A DNA stretch of 63,450 bases, filler included, from Hausera hauseri (Eukaryota), in NCBI GenBank assembly GCA_046269625.1. It is 13 parts of 13 records of this genome, joined end to end, with 100 filler letters (N's around TTAATTAATTAA, not from the genome) between each part and the next. Parts side by side here need not be neighbours in the genome. Positions count along the whole stretch, not along the records: positions 49,457 to 54,756 come from JBJURY010286058.1; positions 54,857 to 59,223 come from JBJURY010614665.1; positions 59,324 to 63,450 come from JBJURY010744321.1; 10 more parts are not named here. One strand, given 5' to 3'. Shown piece after piece: positions 52,401 through 63,450 of the stretch. The notes below the pieces were generated by a model. That model saw nothing but the letters and a program-made list of their open reading frames with translations, was not told the origin of the DNA and did not search any database. The position numbers and the translations under genes are program-made. How positions within the stretch are numbered: the stretch's first letter is position 1; each line of letters starts with the position of its first letter.

Positions 52401-54756
52401 GGAAATAGCATTAAATATATGGACGAGATCGCTAACGAAACAAGAGCAATGCACATCCAAGACCTTCAAGAAAAGGATAAAAAGCGAGAATCATCAGGTA
52501 TCAAGAGTTACTCCACATTTTCACTGGGAACATTATTCCTTATGGGAATATGCCTACTCTCCATGATTAGTGTAACAGAAGCAGTTGAGACTACCCCTTA
52601 TCGCTCCAGCTCCTCATGGACTTCGATGCTATTATATGTATTTTCACTATTGATGATGGGTAAGTTCTTATGCAACGACAAAGTTGAAGGAGAAGATGAC
52701 TTAAAGGAACTCAACGGTAAAATTTATATGGAAACGTATGAACAAGGGGAGCCAAAAACCCCATAAATATTGATCCAGTATCCAATAAAGGCCCATGTAT
52801 TCTAACTAGTACAAAATTCCTAAGGATGGTATGTGCCACAAATTTTCATTGGAATAAACGTTTTGGTGAACAAAGGGTTGTATGCGCCCCAAACTTCAGT
52901 CGGGATAGATGGTACGGCAAGCAAAAACATGAAATGCCTGAAAATATGGATAACACAATCCTCATAATTGATGACCCTAAACTAAGCGCAATGGAATCCC
53001 CTTTTCGATTTAACTATGGCTATCAAATGATTAGAGAATGTATGAATTATGACAAATTAGTGGAAATATTAAGGATGAATAGTGGAACACGAGTAAACCG
53101 AATTTCTTCTAATCTGAAGACGACACATTATATGTACAATAATGATCATGAATTACTTAGTTATAAATCCACTTGCAATAAGGAAACTACACCTACGTCA
53201 ACCTATCCTGATTATAGGAATATAGGAAGATATGAACCCTTATTCATTGGTAGTGTACAAGACAGAATTCTTTTCACTAATGCTCCAAGTGACAAAAAGA
53301 TGCAATTACCCAACGTGGATATGTTTATGCTATTACGACAAACATCTCCATCATGCGAAAAGTTCATAACTCAGGAGAAAGCTAGGAAAATAGGAAAGAA
53401 ATGTATTGGCCTGTACAAAAATTTTGGGGGAGAATTGGTAGACAAGACAACACCCGATTTATTTATGGTCAACTGTTGGTTGACTTACGTATTAATGACA
53501 ATAAAGGACGAATTAACAAAGGAAAAGATAGAAGAAATGGAAAAAGAAGAAACTCGAATATTATGGAATGGTTATTTACTTAGGAACGAAGATACACCCT
53601 TAACAGAAGAAGATAGTATTGAAATTACTCGACTGGAGCAAGTAAATGAAAAAGGGTTAACAGGCAATCTAAACGCCTTGCGATATCGAATGTTATTTTG
53701 TATGTTGAATAATGATCAAGTGTTAGCGGAACCTTTCAAAAGGGAGCGTGAAGAATACATTTGTAACCAAAAAATACAGGAAGATGAGTCGTCGCAAGAA
53801 ACTTTCCGCATAATAACAAAAATAATAAATTCTTTGGGAAGAAATAAAGAAACAGACAATGAAGTCAACAATAATGAAGTAAATCACACTCAAGAGGTCC
53901 ATTCGAGTTTTCCATCCGAGGAAATTCACCTAGACCCTTCATCCAATCAACGACTACCTGAAAAACAATATGAAGAACAAATACAATTTGAAAATGATTA
54001 TTCTAGTCAAATATATGTAATGACAGAACATAGGAAGGTGAATATACTCCATGAATGCACTTTCAACTTAGGAAAAAGATTACCATATCCAAATCAAAGA
54101 GCAGGTTGGAAGGACATTAATTCTACATATAAAGCTCCTTTGAAGAAAGGGAGATATAGTTGTCCTAAAGGAATAGTACAGAAGAGCTATGCTGACATTG
54201 AAGAATGGGGAAAGTTACCCAAATCACTAAAGGAAGTTATGGAAGAATTAAATAAAAATGGGTGTGAGTGGGAACCATATAAAATTAATAAGCATGTAGC
54301 ACCAGAACTAATAGAGGCAATACGAGAGGATATTAATCTGATACCAAAAGTAACGACGCACGAGACAAAGACAATTTTAGCTATCATAATGAAGGCGTTA
54401 TACCCCAAAGGAGTACATAATTATACAGTGGCCAATGAAGTAATTCCCTATTTTAGATTAGTAAATATTTAAGAATAAACCCAGAAAATCTTCCATCATT
54501 AAGGGAAGAAATGAACCAAGTGTTGTATAGACTGGTATATCAACCACTACACTTTCCGGTAAATTCAACAAGAATATGCCCAGAAGAAGAAGATATCTCA
54601 AATACTATAAAGGAGTTACGTATTATCGCCGACAGAAACGAACACTGGTTGGACGATATTGAACCAAAAACCGAATATGTCGCTCTACTTTTTCCTGATT
54701 ATCCTGACACAAAACTTTGTACATATGGGGAAACACCTAGAGTACGATGTAGAGAT
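49457..54756 (+). mobile_element. Gypsy integrase core and C-terminus followed by a decayed extension of about 1,500 codons (two protease-like domains, two signal/TM modules, long unknown region)
   Basis: ISDRGSYF, SPYHPQANG, DWD, PFFLIYGR, YTGPYKI (INT). Then in frame ATIDRGAAKNYL...IIGRDTL, followed by AELDTT...DLIIGLDVL. Hydrophobic pairs at about 51280-51425 and 52520-52670; 548-aa ORF 52826-54472. Confidence 0.8.
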
Positions 54757-54933
54757 NNNNNNNNNNNNNNNNNNNNNNNNNNNNNNNNNNNNNNNNNNNN
54801 TTAATTAATTAANNNNNNNNNNNNNNNNNNNNNNNNNNNNNNNNNNNNNNNNNNNNACATTTTGACAATTTTTGTTTACAATGACACAAGCGTATTTATA
54901 TGCAAAATTTAAACAAAATTTAAACAAAATGGC

Positions 54934-55154
54934 GGTGGGAATAGTGAAACCACGACTACGGCAATTGATTTTTGGGGGTGGGAATAGTAAAACCACGACT
55001 ACGGCAATTGATTTTTGGGGGTGGGAATAGTGAAACCACGACTACGGCAATTGATTTTTGGGGGTGGGAATAGTGAAACCACGACTGCGCCAGAAATTCC
55101 TATATAAAATATTGATTTTGGGGGTGGGAATAGTGAAACCACGACTGCGGCAAT
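54934..55154. repeat. 43-bp tandem repeat (ggtgggaatagtgaaaccacgactacggcaattgatttttggg), about 5 copies, the last preceded by a short insertion
   Basis: Directly visible in the sequence. Confidence 0.9.
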
Positions 55155-55527
55155 CAATATTATTGATTTCCAAAATTTCCCCATATAAAATTATTGATTA
55201 TCGATCCTGGGGAGGGGGGTCTCGAGATAGGAAATTTATATGGGCGCAGTGTCCTCCATTCCCCTTACTGATATGTAACCTTAACTCACTTTGAAAAAAA
55301 TTTAGGTACTCACTAGTTGGAGTATCAAATAAAATGCATATCACCATAAATACTTTTATGACTCTTGAATTCAGGCTAACTTTTCATTTTTCAAAGAATA
55401 GTCCAAATTATAAAACATGTTATATTTTATGAATTTTAATATTAATAATTTAATTCAGACGATATTAATGCAACAAGATTTTTCATAATGGTAACAAATC
55501 GAACAAAACTAGTCGTAAGTCTAGAGA

Positions 55528-57086
55528 CTACAGTTCATCATGAGCTTTTTCGTGGATACTATTTAAAACATTTGCAACTTTCTGAAGTTGACTCGCCGGT
55601 AGATCTTTAATTTGCTTTACACTGATGAATCCTTCGCCTTTTGTATCCAAATTATTGAAAATCACTCGCGCAGTCGGCATTTTTTTCTTCACCTGAAAAT
55701 CATTTTAAAGGTGCAAAATCCTATGATAACTGAGTATACCTTTCCAATTGCTATATTATAAAAGTATTGAAATCTTTCATACGGCAACACAGATGCCCTT
55801 CGTAGTAATTTAAATAAAATATTTCTCATATTATCGGCTGTTATTTTGGTGTTTTTTATTTGCTAAATTTGTGATTTGGAATTTTATACGAAGAATGAAT
55901 TTCAAAAATACTTCAACTCCATTTTTTTCTGTATAAATAAAATCACACTGATTCAAGGATGTTTCAGTTAGGCTTGTTGTTGTTTCCGATTCACAGTTTC
56001 CCGTTGTGTTGCTATGTGTTGGGGCAAACTGTATGGTATAGGATAAACTTCTGCCATATGACCTTACCTGATGAATGTAACCTTTACGAAAATGGGGTAA
56101 TTCCAAGCACCTATTAAAACAAACCAGCTGGAATGAAAAGGCAATCACCGGCAAGCAAAGTCGTATAAATCCAAGGAATTTCGGCAATCTTTTTCTCCTG
56201 AAACATATTTATCATTTCTGTATTAATGGTTGAGTATCCTTCTCCCGTGAATGGATGCTATTTAGATTTTTGTAAATTGATATTTTCAATTGTTTACCTT
56301 TTCAACCATTTTCAATACTTTCTTATATTTATTTTCCATAAGAATAAAATCTTTTCTCCCATCTGCCAAACAGTGTACTTGATGGTCTCCATGGTAATGA
56401 AGATAGGATCCAGTTCCACCGTAAGCCATCCATAATTCTGCTTCGACCAAACTATTTCGAAAATATTCACAATCGAGAAAATTAGGATACTAAATTTAAT
56501 GAACAATTTAAAATGACAAATCTCCAAAAAAGATGTTTTACAAATATTTCAGGGAGTAATTCGTCTGGAATTGTGGATGCTATGTAAACATCCTGTAGTT
56601 TGTAAAACTTAAGAAACCGTTCAAGGGTTATTTTTGTCGGATTTTTGCTGGATCTTTCATGTCTCTTTATGACCCAGACTTTTGACGAGCCATGTCTAGA
56701 AATTTATTTGTAATTCATAATTTGTTAGTGGATAACAAACATTTTGTTGAGTCTTTCGTCGTTCCACGTTGATCTAATAGGATGTTTTTCAGTAACAATA
56801 TTTTTCAACTTCAGAGGAATATTTTTAACAATGTGATTCAAGTAAAATAATTTGGGACTGATTGGGTTTTCTGCAGTCATTATTGGACCTTCGGGAGGCC
56901 TTTGGAAACCTAAATTTAATGACTTTTAATTCTATTGATTAGGATAGCGTTTCCCAAGCAGGGTCCATATAGATCCGAGGGTTTCATATACGTTTTGAAA
57001 GGTTCGTAAGAACAAAATGGTATTTCTGGGCACATAGTAAAATATGATTAATTAAATAATTTAATAATAAAATAAATGAATGTCAT
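55528..57086 (-). CDS. Multi-exon JmjC (cupin-8) 2-oxoglutarate dioxygenase-like protein with a C-terminal EF-hand and HDEL ER-retention signal; first exon unresolved
   Basis: Splicing 40-50 nt GT-AG introns gives FQRPPEGP...WNDERLNK|...DVYIASTIPDELL|...LWMAYGGTGSYLHYHGDHQVHCLADGRKDFIL|...WIYTTLLAGDCLFIPAG|YIHQVRSYGRS...|FNNLDTKGEGFISVKQI...KAHDEL* (stop 55530-55528). Confidence 0.85.
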
Positions 57087-60000
57087 AGAAAAGTTCAAAA
57101 ATTTTCAGTTAGAATTTTTTTTTTGAAAACTATCTGTTCATAAAAATTCTCCACGAAGAAAGCATAATTTGAGTTCCAATTAATTTACAAGGTATACTAC
57201 GCACTGTACATCAGGGTTTTTTTGTAAGAAATAGTCAGAGACATGTAAAATATGGTGCTTTTAAATGTGACATCATATCGCACTTGTGCAGGTCGCCCCA
57301 CTACATTTTGGAACTTTGAACTTTGACAATATTTTCGTTCCTTTTCTTGAGTTAACGTCCTTCTCCTATTCGATTTATAGTGTCTTCTGGAAGTTCTGTC
57401 AATCTCAAATTAATAATAGAATTTGCTATCATGAATAAATTTCGGCAATTCACATGAGTGACCACAGACTATAAACAGATATTCTCTTGTGAAAAGAACG
57501 AATATTTTATTAACATTTAAAATTTTGATACATTCAACAAGTGCGTAATGCTGTCATATTTAAATGCTTCAATCGCGATACTTTCACCTAGTTGGCGAAA
57601 AGTTTTTAAATTTTGTTAATCAGCATTGTTTTTCATGTCTCTTTGACCCTGATTTACGGTATGTACGTTTCTCTTGTTAGAAAAGATGTTATCGGTTCTA
57701 TTAGGAATAATCGATATAGTTTTGGTGAAATTTTGTTTTTGTTATTGAACGGACTTGTTCTAATGAATTTACTAGATTGTTTTTAAGACAAATACATATT
57801 TCATTTAGAAATATTACATGCCTATAGGAGGGTCCGCATACTTAAAGCCAGGATTCAGGGGATAGACAAACAAAAAGGGTTGGGCACACTGGGATTAAAA
57901 GAAATGCCTTTATAGTCTGTGACTAATATTGAGAACTCATTTGCCGTTTTCTAATTTTTATATACATGAATATAAGTCTGATGTTTGACATAGCAGTTAC
58001 GTTTCACCTTCAAAACTGCCCCGATAAAAATGTCAATAACAACACTGAACTATATTCCATTTTTTTCAATATTAAATTTTTTTATTTTCTAATTATGAAA
58101 AATTATTAAAAATCTTATTACTAAATATACGAATAGGGTTATTCGTATTTTTCAAAAATCCACCGATTTAAGAGACTGAAAACGGAACATCTCCGAAAGA
58201 AAGATATCTTCCTATGATGAAGTGATGGATCGGTAGAGCAGAATGAAATTTTAGCAAGTTTTGAAGTGAAATTAAAGTATGAAAGTCTGCTATTCGAAAC
58301 AACGCTGAATCGAAACAAGAACATCGACGGTCAAAAAATAAAATGTGCCCCAAAAGCTAGACTTGTTCGTGATAGAAATAGCAAGCAATTGATCGGTATG
58401 AACTTTATTCAGCTTAGCATGCGTCAATTTTCACCATTTTTCTTTTTTTAAAGGAAAAAGTTGTCAGGACATTATCTTAGACATGATTCACCACTTTTTA
58501 ATTTGTTGGCTTTCACTTCTAAGAGAAAATTATGAAAACGCTATAATTTGACATGACAACTGGGTATTCTAATATCGCTCATATGAAAATCCAAAATTTA
58601 TGCATAAACGATGAAGCATTAGCTAATACATTGTTGATCAGTAGGACTGAATGGGGGATACTGAATAAGTATAGAATGATTGTGCAATGTTAGCTTTGTT
58701 TATAAACCATTTTTCATACAATTAATCAGCAAAAATTTCTGTAACAAAATGTATCCTCAAAATATTTATAACTTATTTCATTCGTATTTATCAAAAGGTA
58801 CAATACCTTAAATGAAGAAACCTCAACTGTAGAGAACACATTTTTACAGGCAATCTTTTATTCGTCTGCATCTAATTAACTGACAGTTTAGTTTTTCTCA
58901 GGCGCTCATGGTTAGAGATAGTGTTCCTGCTGTAGGAGTCACTCACTGCACCCACAATTACGCCGATACAGTAGGGCAGACTGTCGGTATTTAGTCAATA
59001 TATTTTATAATTACACTCTAAAATAGGCTTTGCAAAAGCAAGTGTGAATTTTAACGATCCAAGTTCACCAAAACGTGACTCAAAACAAATTATTGTAATT
59101 TTATCTCTGATAAGTTTTAGAGGTCGGAAAACGGTTTCGGTCTTTCGACCTTAAAACCCAAGCTTTATTTATCTATTATTCCTTATTCTTAGTTATAAAT
59201 ATAAAATAAATAATAATAATAAANNNNNNNNNNNNNNNNNNNNNNNNNNNNNNNNNNNNNNNNNNNNTTAATTAATTAANNNNNNNNNNNNNNNNNNNNN
59301 NNNNNNNNNNNNNNNNNNNNNNNGGTATGGGAAAAATTATGAAAAGCAATATACTCTCATGGTTACAATGACTTTAAAAGTGAGGAATATGACATTTGTA
59401 GATAATTATTATACAAAATACATATTTATTTTGCCCTTTAAATGCCAGTTTTTATATCCTATGCTTGATTTATGTGAATGAAACAGTCAGTCAAAATATT
59501 TTATTTTCCGTAAATCAATTGCACACTTCCAATCACGGTAAATATTTATTTAAGTGATGAGTTTAATAGTCTATTATATTCCTTCCTACTGTCTTATTTC
59601 GATATTTATTGATAAAGTAAGATAATGATGATTGAAATGTGTTTTTAATTTTAATTGTATAACCATATAAATGTACTTTATAATTGGTTGATTCTGTATT
59701 AGAATACACCTAAAATATTTTGTTTAATCGGTAAAATGAAAAATATGTGTAGAAGGCCACAGCTTAAATTAACTATCCATATCGTATAAAATCACACTGA
59801 CTAAAATCTGACCATTAACCGAATAAATTAAATAATTGGTACAAAATTTAAAATTCGTATTATGAGAGCATAGACATCATGAGCACTACCGAAGATTCTG
59901 AAACGGGAAAGTAGAGTTATATGGAACATATAAAAAATTTCCGTGTAGAGCAGTTGAATGTGAGTAGCACACAATCAAGGACATCAGCATTGATGTGTGC

Positions 60001-60375
60001 GAGCAGAACAGGTGCATTCGTTATGAGTAATGATGCCATCGAACAGATACATCGTTATCAGTGTGATGTAATCAAACATGCGCATCGTTGTCAATGAGAA
60101 TGTATTCAAAATAAATCGTCGTGTAGAAATTGAACGATATTTACTGACAAAATATTGAAATTCAACTATCTTGCACAGGGGATGCTAATTATATAACATA
60201 ACATATATCGAGTTTTAAATTATCCAACTAGAATTCACTGTGCCTTTAAAGCAATATTGGTTATTTATAGTAATTAACGATCAATAAAATATAAGCCATT
60301 TATTTGTTATCACGAAATCCACCAAGTTTGACAATAAAACAAGTAATAGTCATATACGTTTTAAATATCAAATGA

Positions 60376-62074
60376 TTAATTTCGATTTTGAACTCTCTGA
60401 ACAACTGTATATCCCGTCATAAGTTTTGTAACTGTTCTACCAACCATTTGATTGTTTACAATGGAAGTCTCACGGACATTTACTAACGCATTTTTCGGAA
60501 CAAGACCGAGTTGCTTCAAAGCATTTTCGATTGATAACCATACTCCATTTATCGAAACAAGCCGAGAATTTCCTGACATTTTCATTGGGTACCACTGATT
60601 ATTGATACTGATTGAATAGTCATTTCCTTGTCGCTTAACTTGAAAACGGAATTTTTGACCATTTATTAAGGATGGACCTTGATTTACAACTTGTTTTGTT
60701 GCAGTTATTGTTGGAATTATTCCTTTACTGGTGGTTGGAATGATTCGTTTACTGGCGGCTGGAGTGAATCGTTCACTGGTTGTTGGAGGGATTCGTTTAC
60801 CCATGGTAGGAAGGGTTGGTTTACCCTTGGTTGGAGTCGTTTTTCCTTTAATTCCGGGTGCTCCGATTTTGACGATGACACTCTGTACGGTTTTGATTTG
60901 ATTTCCACGAATGAATTGAATGGTGTTTCCTGATTTTCTGAGTTTCCACCAATACCCATCAAAGAAGGTGAATAAATCGGTTTGATAGAAGTNNNNNNNN
61001 NNNNNNNNNNNNNNNNNNNNNNNNNNNNNNNNNNNNNNNNNNNNNNNNNNNNNNNNNNNNNNNNNNNNNNNNNNNNNNNNNNNNNNNNNNNNATACCCAT
61101 CAAAGAAGGTGAATAAATCGGTTTGATAGAAGTCGACTACAATCCAATAGTCGTAGATGTAGAGATAGATGGTATTTTCAACGTATATAATGGAGTACCA
61201 CTCATTCAGCCAATAGATTTGGTTGTTGGTTGCTGTGAATTTGAATTGGAATTTGTTATCTGTCAGTTTTTTACGTATCGGACTCTGTAGCGGAATATTT
61301 TGGAGTTTCGATTGGTATTGTAGCAAAATGTTGTTCGTTATTTTGGTTTTAGAAGGTTTCGAGAGTGGAACATCAATTGTTGGTTTTGGTTTAGTTGCCT
61401 TTGGGGTTGGTTTTTGTTTCTGCGTTGTTATTGGTATCGTTTTTGTTTTTGTCGTTGTTTGTGAAATTTTCTTGGTTTGTTGTATTTTTTGGCTTGTTCC
61501 TTCCATTGTCATGTTAACCACTTGTGTTCCTGTTTCCATAGTTTCCGTAATTTGAATTTTGCCATCTGTTTGTGCGTAATCTGTCTTATGTAGTTTCCAC
61601 CAACCATAAAAGTCGACGCTGTAGTAGCATGCGATTTTGTTTGGTAGTGGTTTCTGATTAACACATTTGGTTTGAAGCAGACATATTACCACAGTTTTGC
61701 ACGTTTCTGGTGGTTTTATCCGATAAAGAACTTTCATGTGTTTTGGTGCTCCGGTTTGTTTTGTCGTGCAAGATTGAGAACAATGTTTTTGTCCATCTAT
61801 TGTTTTGCATGTGTTATTGCACACCTTTGTTGTGTTGCAAATTATTACGTCTTTCGATGGAACTGATTTCAATTGACACGGTGAACCTGACAATTATTTC
61901 GTAAGGAATTGTTAACACAATGTACTTACTTATTGCAAAGAATTTGTTTAACCAATAATCCCAGTCATCTACTTTCTTTCCTTCATCAATAACAATACTT
62001 GAATATTCGTCCAATGATTGAATTGAATCGATTGCTATGGAGCAGAGTAATGAAGCTACAAATAAGAGCTTCAT
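60376..62074 (-). CDS. Secreted protein: signal peptide, Cys-rich domain, T/K/P-rich linkers and aromatic beta-rich modules; 2 exons, spans an assembly gap
   Basis: MKLLFVASLLCSIAIDS signal; a 43-nt GT-AG intron 61929-61887 joins ORF 61814-62074 in frame to ORF 60376-61893. Confidence 0.8.
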
Positions 62075-63450
62075 TTGGAATATTCGATATTTTACATTGT
62101 GTTAGGCATTGTTTAAATAGGTATTTTGTGACCATACCCCATGTGAATTATGCGTGTAGTTTTCCCGACATTACGTTTGGTTGTTCTCTCCCAACTTTGG
62201 TGAATACGGATCTGTCAATTTTCAATTTATGACATGCGTTTATTGCCTTTGCTTCTTGACACATGGCTGGACTACCTTGGCCATTTAATGGTTCTGTGTG
62301 CGGGGCATTCGTGTATACGGATCTGTCAATTTTCAATTTATGACAGTTCGTTTATGGCTATGGTTTTGGTAATTACTTAAATTACCTTAGGTTAATTGTG
62401 GCACCATAAATACAGAACATTCGTATTCATGGATCGGTTAAGGTTTCTTCATCAAAGTCGTTAGGGTTCGTGGTCAAATTGTGGCGCCTTCTTGCAGTAG
62501 TGCTCGTACACTGGCGTCATTTTCAAACTGTCAATTTATGAAATATCATTTTATTATCCATTAGATCTATGGCCATATTGGAATATTGCCCATTTGCCAG
62601 CGTGGAGGTTTTAGAAAAACTTATGCCATATTTTGTGGGTTTATTTTATTATTGTATTAATATATTTAAATTTCAAAACATATTCGGGGGATTCATATTT
62701 TTATATGAAACATTTTTGTAAAGTGAATCGATTATATTTACAAATGTTGCTGTTGTGATTTGTTATATAGTCCCATTTTTATGTATATTTTGAGGCAGTT
62801 CAGTTGCATATTATTTGTATCCATTACGGTCACATCAAATAATTAATATTTGTAAACTCATTACGCATGCTTAGTCCAAGAGAACAAGTTTAGTAGAATT
62901 AAATGACTTTAAATGAGTAATCTCAGCTTATTTTGCATTTTTTAAACATGACGGATCTTTTCTCAGTATTTCTACAAGTACTGTGCGTGAACATGTACAT
63001 TAGGATTTAGCATGTATTTTTGCTTTCTAGATCCTGACACTTACANNNNNNNNNNCTAGAAACTTTTGTTTTTCTCGTGAGGCGCTACCTGGGAACCTTC
63101 AGTACATTGCATGCAAATAACCGGTTATGCAATGTGTCTAAAATGTACTTTGATGCATATATCTTTTGCCCGACTTTGAAAATGGTATACATTCAGATGA
63201 TTCGATTGTGATGAAGACAAATTGTGGTGATTTACAACAACAAAAACAAACTTAGTCATTATTTAATTTCATCTATACCGTTATTCAATCACAACTTTTT
63301 CTTTCAAAAACAATTTACATTTGTTTTTCTTTTATTACAAACTACGTTCTTAAATTTCCATTGAATTATTAACTATTCAATTGATTTTATAATAATATTT
63401 GTATTTAATTTACTATTAATTCGATAAGTTTACCTGAGAATAATAACGTT

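Noticed and set aside
44915-54756. Single bidirectional element formed by the env-pol contig and the integrase contig
   Set aside because: They are separated by an artificial linker at 49357-49456, so order and orientation are arbitrary.
55831-56527. hAT/TTF zinc-finger transposase suggested by ORF-track translations
   Set aside because: Other frames joined by short GT-AG introns give a coherent JmjC protein.
58266-58451. RRM-like string ARLVRDRNSKQLIGMNFIQ
   Set aside because: Too short, and no coherent domain or gene model could be built.
60952-61133. 41-bp duplication flanking the N gap as a real protein repeat
   Set aside because: Identical sequence on both sides of a 100-N gap is typical of an unmerged contig overlap; it cannot be resolved here.
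1-63450. Naming the source organism
   Set aside because: AT richness, tiny introns and the TE complement suggest an invertebrate such as a flatworm-like spiralian, but nothing here is diagnostic.

Overview
AT-rich invertebrate-type eukaryotic DNA with very short (35-50 nt) GT-AG introns. The window is not one locus. It is 13 unplaced contigs of about 4-6 kb joined by artificial 100-bp linkers (N44-TTAATTAATTAA-N44), so adjacency across linkers has no biological meaning. Host genes: a PAN2 fragment, a TRAPPC8 pseudogene fragment, a JmjC/EF-hand gene ending in HDEL, a secreted Cys/Thr/aromatic-rich protein and an intronless divergent TBP-like gene. Mobile DNA: decayed DNA transposons (maT/Tc1-mariner, Sola2-like), Polinton/adintovirus pieces (two tandem penton-like genes, an inverted pair of pPolB genes) and several Ty3/Gypsy remnants. 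The stand-out is a group of three diverged Gypsy-type retroelements in which a class III (chuvirus/herpes gB-like) fusion glycoprotein lies UPSTREAM of protease-RT-RNaseH-integrase. It appears to be part of the same polyprotein, with an internal signal peptide and ESCRT late-domain-like motifs. A fourth contig shows a Gypsy integrase continuing for about 1,500 more codons with extra protease-like domains and small membrane modules. Also notable are a ubiquitin-like domain fused to a Gypsy Gag, and the TBP-like gene sitting on a contig with an exact 77-bp terminal direct repeat (circle or collapsed tandem array). All protein family calls come from recognising motifs by eye; no database searches were run.
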